Shown here piece after piece: positions 59,801 through 64,000 of a DNA stretch of 64,000 nt. The first letter of the stretch is position 1, and each line of letters begins with the position of its first letter. A program made the position numbers and the translations under genes. Origin of the DNA: Acidobacteriota bacterium (GTDB lineage Bacteria > Acidobacteriota > CAIWXX01). Location: NCBI GenBank assembly GCA_040755995.1, contig JBFMAF010000041.1, positions 1 through 64,000 on the forward strand. Reading direction: 5' to 3'. The notes beneath the pieces were generated by a model. It made no database searches and had not been told where the DNA came from. It saw only the letters and a program-made list of their open reading frames with translations.

Positions 59801-62800
59801 GTCAGGTATGAGGGTGACCTTCTCTTGCTCGACGTTGCGCTTCGGAGGCAGCTTGCCCCCCGCGACCCACATCGTCATCTCGCTGCGGTTTGCCCTGTCC
59901 TTGTCGTCGACGACCGTAGCGGAGATCCGGTAGCGCCCGCCTTCTTTGGTCTGGAACGTGCATCGCGTCGGCGCGTCAGCGGCCGAGACTACGACACAAT
60001 CCTGCGGGTCCACTTCCTTCTCGCGCCAATCGCCTCTCTCCTGCACCCATTCGAGCCGCACGGCGCGCATGTCCACTCGGCGGCCCGCGACGGCCTTGCC
60101 ATCCATGTCGACGACGATTGAGTCGATCTTCATCGGGTCTCCGCGTTGTACGAACACTCGGTCGCACTTGATGCCGACGTAGAGGTCGGAAGGATGGACG
60201 AGCATGATGGTGGAGGCGCTCCAGGCCTGCCTGTTCACATCCATCACCGTGGCCTCGGCCTTCACGTTCGACGGTCTCGGCGGATTCGCCGAGACGAAGT
60301 CTATGCGCAGATGGTGCCTGCCGGCCGGGTCGGTTCGCGCCGTGTACTGTTCGGTGCGATCCGCGGCGCGGCTCTCGGAATCGGATTCCCACCATGGAGT
60401 CCAGAAGCCGAAGATGTAGTCGTCGCGATTGGGCGGGACGAACTGACCCGGAGACGATGTAACGCGCCAGGTGGTCTCAGCATTCGCGAGGCCGCCGCCT
60501 GCGTAATAGGATGCCGTCACGCTTAGGTCAGCATTGCCTCCTACGAAGTAAGGCCCCTCGCTCGGCTTGACGTTGACTTCGTACTCGGGCCGGCGGAACT
60601 CCTGCACCTGGAACCCGTGGCCATAGCTGCAGCCGCCCGCGCCCGGCGGCTCGGGGTACAGACTCATCTCGACCGTGGCAAAACCGAGGTTCATGGTTGC
60701 AGGGAGCTTGATTGAGAAATCGAACCCGCCGAGGGCTCCAACCTTCGCCCGGCCATCCACTATCTTGTTCCGCTGCGAATCGAGCACGTTGTAGAGCAGG
60801 TCTATGGCGGATGTGTCGATGGCGCCGATGTCGCCTCCCTTGCTCATCCCCATGCGCCTGATCCAGCCCTTGATCCGGACCTCTTCGCCGGGCCGGTACA
60901 TGCTGCGATCGTCGAAGACGCACCACCGAACCGTGTCGGACGCGTGCATGCGGCGCCACTCGCCGCCGCCCCACATGCTGGTCGATGCAGGCAGCATCGC
61001 GGCATCGTCGCCGCGCCGCGCGACGAGCAGCCCGCAGGGCTCGTCAGGGAGCTCCAGGCTTGCCGTTCCGCCGGCATCGGTCCTCCCGGCAGTGCGCGAG
61101 GGGAGGAGTCGCACCTCGGCGTCGCGGATCGGGCTGCCGTCTTTCAGAGCCGTCACCCAGGCGGTGAGCGATCCGCCCTCGGAGAAGGCGTCGAGCGCCA
61201 GCTGTGTCACCTGTATCCAGATCCTCACGCTCTGGCGCCTCCACCTTTCCTTCGGTTGCTTGAGCGGTTCCACTACGAGCACGACCTGGCCGAAGCCGCG
61301 AGAGAGCGCCGGCGCGAGATCGATCGGCGTCTCGACCAGGTCGTCGGGCACGGTGCTGAGGTCGAGGGTCTTGGACACGACCCTGCGCCCGGGCGGCTCG
61401 ATCGCGCGCCTCTCGTCATCTGCGTCGCGCAAGTACTCGATGTACCTCGGCCAGTCCTCGGGCTGCACCGCATATATACGCACTTTCAGCGATGCGTGGT
61501 TGATCGTGTAGACCGAGTAGCGCGGCGGCCCGAACGGATCGGCCACGACGATGGTGTTGCCTTGTGCCCAGAGCGTCTGCTCCGCGGGGCCGACCTTGAA
61601 AGTGAGGGTCACGTCTTTTCCCAAGGTCTGGCCGAACTGGTCGGGGATGCTGCCCGCCAGCGTCACCCTGTAGGCAGTCCTCCCCCTGGACCGCCCTCGG
61701 ATGCTCAGCTCGGACCAGCTGACCGCCGCAGTCATCGCCGGGAGAGGCGGATCGACGCGGATCATGGACTTGTCGAATGCCTTCTCATCGATCGGGTTGC
61801 TGAAACGGATCAACCATGGTGCCATCGGCCTGCACTTGTCATCCCACCCGCAACGATGGTCGACCACGACCATGGGACCGTATGTCCTGAACGTGTAGCC
61901 CTGCGACTCCGCGCTCTTCCTCGGCCCCTCGGCACTCGGTGTGCCCGGCCCGACGGTGACCTGCACGGCCGAATCTGCGGGCAGGAGCTTCTCGGAGCGG
62001 AACGCGAGCCAGCGGCCTTCACCGGTCCCCTCGGCCAACGCGCTCACGCTCTGATCCGCCGCTACCTCTTCTTTGGTCGCGAGACGGAGCGACAGGCTCT
62101 CGGATCCAGACTTCACGCGGATGCTCCGAAGCACCTCAGCTGGACTGATCCTCTGGTCAAAGGCGGCGAACATCAGCGCATCGCGGCGAACCGGGCCGGC
62201 GACAGGATGAGAGGTCGTCATTCGTGGCGACGGAGTGGAGAATGTCCAGCGGTAGGCCTCGCTCAACTTCCCGCCGACCGCAGACTCGGTGCCCGCCGGC
62301 ACCTCCGCCTGGTACACCGTGGCCATCGGGAATCGGCCCTTCGGCTCGAACAGCAGCGTCTGCGTGCCGATCCAGCGCCACTTGCCAGGAGGCTCAGGTG
62401 TCAACCTGACCGGGACCGCGAGCTTCGCGAGCTCGTCGTGCGAGGTGACGGCGACCATCGGGTGCGAGAACGTGATGCTGAGATGCGGCGCAATCGGCAC
62501 CTCGCCCTCGGGCTCCGACCGCTCCACCTTCAGCGGACGCAGCTGCACCTGGGCCACCGGGCCTTCGGCCACCGCGCTCGGCGGGAATTGCTCTGCGATC
62601 GTCCTGCCCGGCCGAGGAGGCGGCAGGGATTTCTCGCGTATCGCGAACTCCTTCTGTTCTGACGGTAGGCCCTCCAGCGGCGGCATCCTGTCCAGCACGA
62701 GCTGGACCTCTGCTTCGCTCAGCCGGACCACTTCGGCGGCCACCGGCACCAAGGGTGCCGCCGCGCTCTCGGCACCCTCGCTCAGTCGAAATCTCAATCC

Positions 62801-62947
62801 GGTATCCTGCTTCTCCATCGTCTCCTCATTCTCCATTGCAGCCAATGGCCGCGCCGATGGTGCCACCGACGCGAGCGGGGATAGCCATACCGCGGCTCCA
62901 AGGAAGATCAGAACCGATGCCACAGTGCCGGCCAACCGTGCTACCAT
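56900..62947 (-). CDS. Bacterial alpha-2-macroglobulin with N-terminal Ig-like domains
   Basis: DRSMYRPGE, VQEFRRPEY, RTDFSA, LPDSLTRYR, thioester YPFDCAEQ, AEEMYAPETFGR. Confidence 0.93.
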   Translation of the reverse strand: MVARLAGTVASVLIFLGAAVWLSPLASVAPSARPLAAMENEETMEKQDTGLRFRLSEGAESAAAPLVPVAAEVVRLSEAEVQLVLDRMPPLEGLPSEQKEFAIREKSLPPPRPGRTIAEQFPPSAVAEGPVAQVQLRPLKVERSEPEGEVPIAPHLSITFSHPMVAVTSHDELAKLAVPVRLTPEPPGKWRWIGTQTLLFEPKGRFPMATVYQAEVPAGTESAVGGKLSEAYRWTFSTPSPRMTTSHPVAGPVRRDALMFAAFDQRISPAEVLRSIRVKSGSESLSLRLATKEEVAADQSVSALAEGTGEGRWLAFRSEKLLPADSAVQVTVGPGTPSAEGPRKSAESQGYTFRTYGPMVVVDHRCGWDDKCRPMAPWLIRFSNPIDEKAFDKSMIRVDPPLPAMTAAVSWSELSIRGRSRGRTAYRVTLAGSIPDQFGQTLGKDVTLTFKVGPAEQTLWAQGNTIVVADPFGPPRYSVYTINHASLKVRIYAVQPEDWPRYIEYLRDADDERRAIEPPGRRVVSKTLDLSTVPDDLVETPIDLAPALSRGFGQVVLVVEPLKQPKERWRRQSVRIWIQVTQLALDAFSEGGSLTAWVTALKDGSPIRDAEVRLLPSRTAGRTDAGGTASLELPDEPCGLLVARRGDDAAMLPASTSMWGGGEWRRMHASDTVRWCVFDDRSMYRPGEEVRIKGWIRRMGMSKGGDIGAIDTSAIDLLYNVLDSQRNKIVDGRAKVGALGGFDFSIKLPATMNLGFATVEMSLYPEPPGAGGCSYGHGFQVQEFRRPEYEVNVKPSEGPYFVGGNADLSVTASYYAGGGLANAETTWRVTSSPGQFVPPNRDDYIFGFWTPWWESDSESRAADRTEQYTARTDPAGRHHLRIDFVSANPPRPSNVKAEATVMDVNRQAWSASTIMLVHPSDLYVGIKCDRVFVQRGDPMKIDSIVVDMDGKAVAGRRVDMRAVRLEWVQERGDWREKEVDPQDCVVVSAADAPTRCTFQTKEGGRYRISATVVDDKDRANRSEMTMWVAGGKLPPKRNVEQEKVTLIPDKKEYQAGDMAEILVITPFAPADGVLTLRRNGIFHTERLHMTGASQIVKVRIEDGYVPNLYVQVDLAGSAPRTRDDGTPDARLPARPAFAKGDIEISVPPRSRTLALKVTPRMNKLEPGGDTVVDAELRDADGKPVAGGEIALVVVDESVLSLTGYRLPNPLSIFYSDRDAGAEDTYFREQVLLSRPMGLLPESLGEGAEGGVAGGVTMAMEEAMPMPPPAAAPMARMAMPSAPGAAPPPIRVRTDFSALALFAPGLPTDSQGHASVPVKLPDSLTRYRIMAVAVAGTRQFGSGESTITARLPLMVRPSPPRFLNFGDKYELPLVVQNQTDGAVEVDVAVRAVNMRLTDGAGRRVTVPANDRVEVRLPAAAAMAGKARVQVGAVSGDWADAAEVAFPVWTPATTEAFATYGQIDEGAIALPVAAPRDVVKEFGGLEITTSSTALHALTDAVLYLVNYPFDCAEQLASRVIAVAALRDVLTAFAAEGLPAPEEIAKAVDRDIDRLRKLQNSDGGWGFWRRGDESWPYVSIHVAHALERAREKRFAVPPQMLESAHEYLKEIESHIPDNYPDEVRWTLTAYALYVRMRLGETDAPAARELLLKAGLDKLQMEAIGWLLPVLSGDPKSAAQVAEIRRFIGNRVVETAGAANFVVSYSDGAHLLLYSNRRVDGVLLEALIGDQPKSDLIPKLVAGLLAHRRAGRWNNTQENAFILLALDRYFNTYEKVTPDFVARAWLGETYAGEHAFKGYSADRSHIEIPMKYVAGEPSPVDLVLAKQGKGRLYYRIGMQYAPSSLKLDPADHGFTVERRYEAVDNPGDVKRDPQGVWHMKAGARVRVTLTMVAAARRYHVALVDPMPAGLEALNPALAVTGSMPQGPASDAATIGAGGLGGPGYAGKWWWWIRPWFDHQNMRDERVEAFASLLWEGVWTYSYVARATTPGDFVVPPTRAEEMYAPETFGRGSSDRVVVE

Positions 62948-63022
62948 CGTTTTCCTCCTCCAGTCAGTAATGCGCCCGCTCGCCCCAGGGAATTCCCCCT
63001 CGTCACTTTCTCCTTCTCCCTC

Positions 63023-63790
63023 TTACACGGGGAGATCCACATGCACTGACTTGGACTGTCTGGCACGGTTCGCGAGGATGTGGGCGGCTCGCAGCGGTTC
63101 GGGGACGCGGTACCCCTTTACGCACGACAGCACGGTCGAGATTGCGCGGCGCAGCGTTATCCCGTACCCGCACGATACGTACAATGGGCGAACGGCGTCG
63201 CGAGTCCTGAGCACCACGCCGACTTTTCTACGACTGTAGTAAAGCGGCGAGAAGCTGCCCGCGCGCGTTGCGACGCGGCCGTGCTCGCCGACGAGCCGGC
63301 TCTTGGCACAGCCGATCGATGGGACGCCGGTCAGCAGCCCCACGTGAGAGGCGAGGCCGAGGCCGCGAGGGTGCGCAATGCCCTGCCCATCGAGCAAGAG
63401 AACGTCGGGAGCTGCATCGAGATCCTCGAAGCAGCCCAGGAGAGGCGGCACCTCCCTGAACGAAAGCAGGCCGGGTATGTATGGAAACCTAACCCGGCAT
63501 GTGCTGACGCGCCGCTCAACGATCTCGAGCGACGGATGCGAGAACACAACGAGCGCGGCCCAGATGCGGTCGCTCCGCCTGTCGTACGAGATGTCTGCCC
63601 CCGCAACGGTTCGTAGCTTACCGCGGAGCAGTGTCGCCTGTTCGAGACGCTTCGCGAGGCGGTTCTGGATGTCGACAGCCTCCTCGACCGAGACGTCCCA
63701 GGCGTGGAGCCGGCGGATGCGCACAGGCAACCGTCGCGCGCCATGCCTCGTGGTCTTCCCCTTGGTACTCACCGCAGATCCCGTGGTCAT
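63023..63790 (-). CDS. nfi: Endonuclease V
   Basis: AGADISY, FPYIPGLLSFRE, DGQGIAHPR, SIGCAKS, YRVPEP. Confidence 0.93.
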   Translation of the reverse strand: MTTGSAVSTKGKTTRHGARRLPVRIRRLHAWDVSVEEAVDIQNRLAKRLEQATLLRGKLRTVAGADISYDRRSDRIWAALVVFSHPSLEIVERRVSTCRVRFPYIPGLLSFREVPPLLGCFEDLDAAPDVLLLDGQGIAHPRGLGLASHVGLLTGVPSIGCAKSRLVGEHGRVATRAGSFSPLYYSRRKVGVVLRTRDAVRPLYVSCGYGITLRRAISTVLSCVKGYRVPEPLRAAHILANRARQSKSVHVDLPV

Positions 63791-64000
63791 GACTAGACCA
63801 CAGGCACGGCGGGGGTGTCAACTGTGACCGACACGGAGACGCGGTGATGGGACGGGACTCACGGGTGCCCTACGTCCTGCTCCAACCAGTACGATTCAGC
63901 GGCCCACCGCTGGCCGTCATTTCTGCGACCGCACCGGCAGTGCGCGGTAGTGGATGGAGGCGGAACGGTCTTCGGTGTGGGCGAAGCCGTCGACGAAGTA

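Noticed and set aside
1..64000. CRISPR array, cas genes, tRNA, rRNA
   Set aside because: No regularly spaced repeat-spacer run or recognisable RNA gene found by eye.

Overview
High-GC bacterial window, probably Acidobacteriota because it encodes a VWFA-related Acidobacterial-domain protein. 0-8 kb holds two IS91-family transposase 3' remnants with conserved outward sigma70-like promoters, each upstream of a large secreted protein (a BNR/VPS10-type propeller and a 1018-aa protein with two Ser/Thr-rich hairpin-like segments). 8-20 kb is a minus-strand polysaccharide operon (GT4s, GT2, asnB). It is interrupted by a 3.55-kb island carrying an MTase, a PaeR7I-type REase and a proteasome-beta-like/SEC-C protein, bracketed by ~1.22-kb direct repeats. 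20.2-23.8 kb is the most striking feature: a 3.6-kb element bounded by inverted repeats. It encodes an IS481-like DDE transposase, plus a DnaG-type primase fused to an IS3 OrfA-like HTH/zipper that links to a second DDE domain through a predicted -1 frameshift. 23.9-26.5 kb is a degenerate attC cassette array with no integrase in the window. The remainder holds a sigma54 activator and target gene, an AAA+/VWA pair, secreted proteases, housekeeping genes, many intact and decayed toxin-antitoxin genes, an alpha-2-macroglobulin and endonuclease V. All family calls come from motif recognition by eye; no searches were run.
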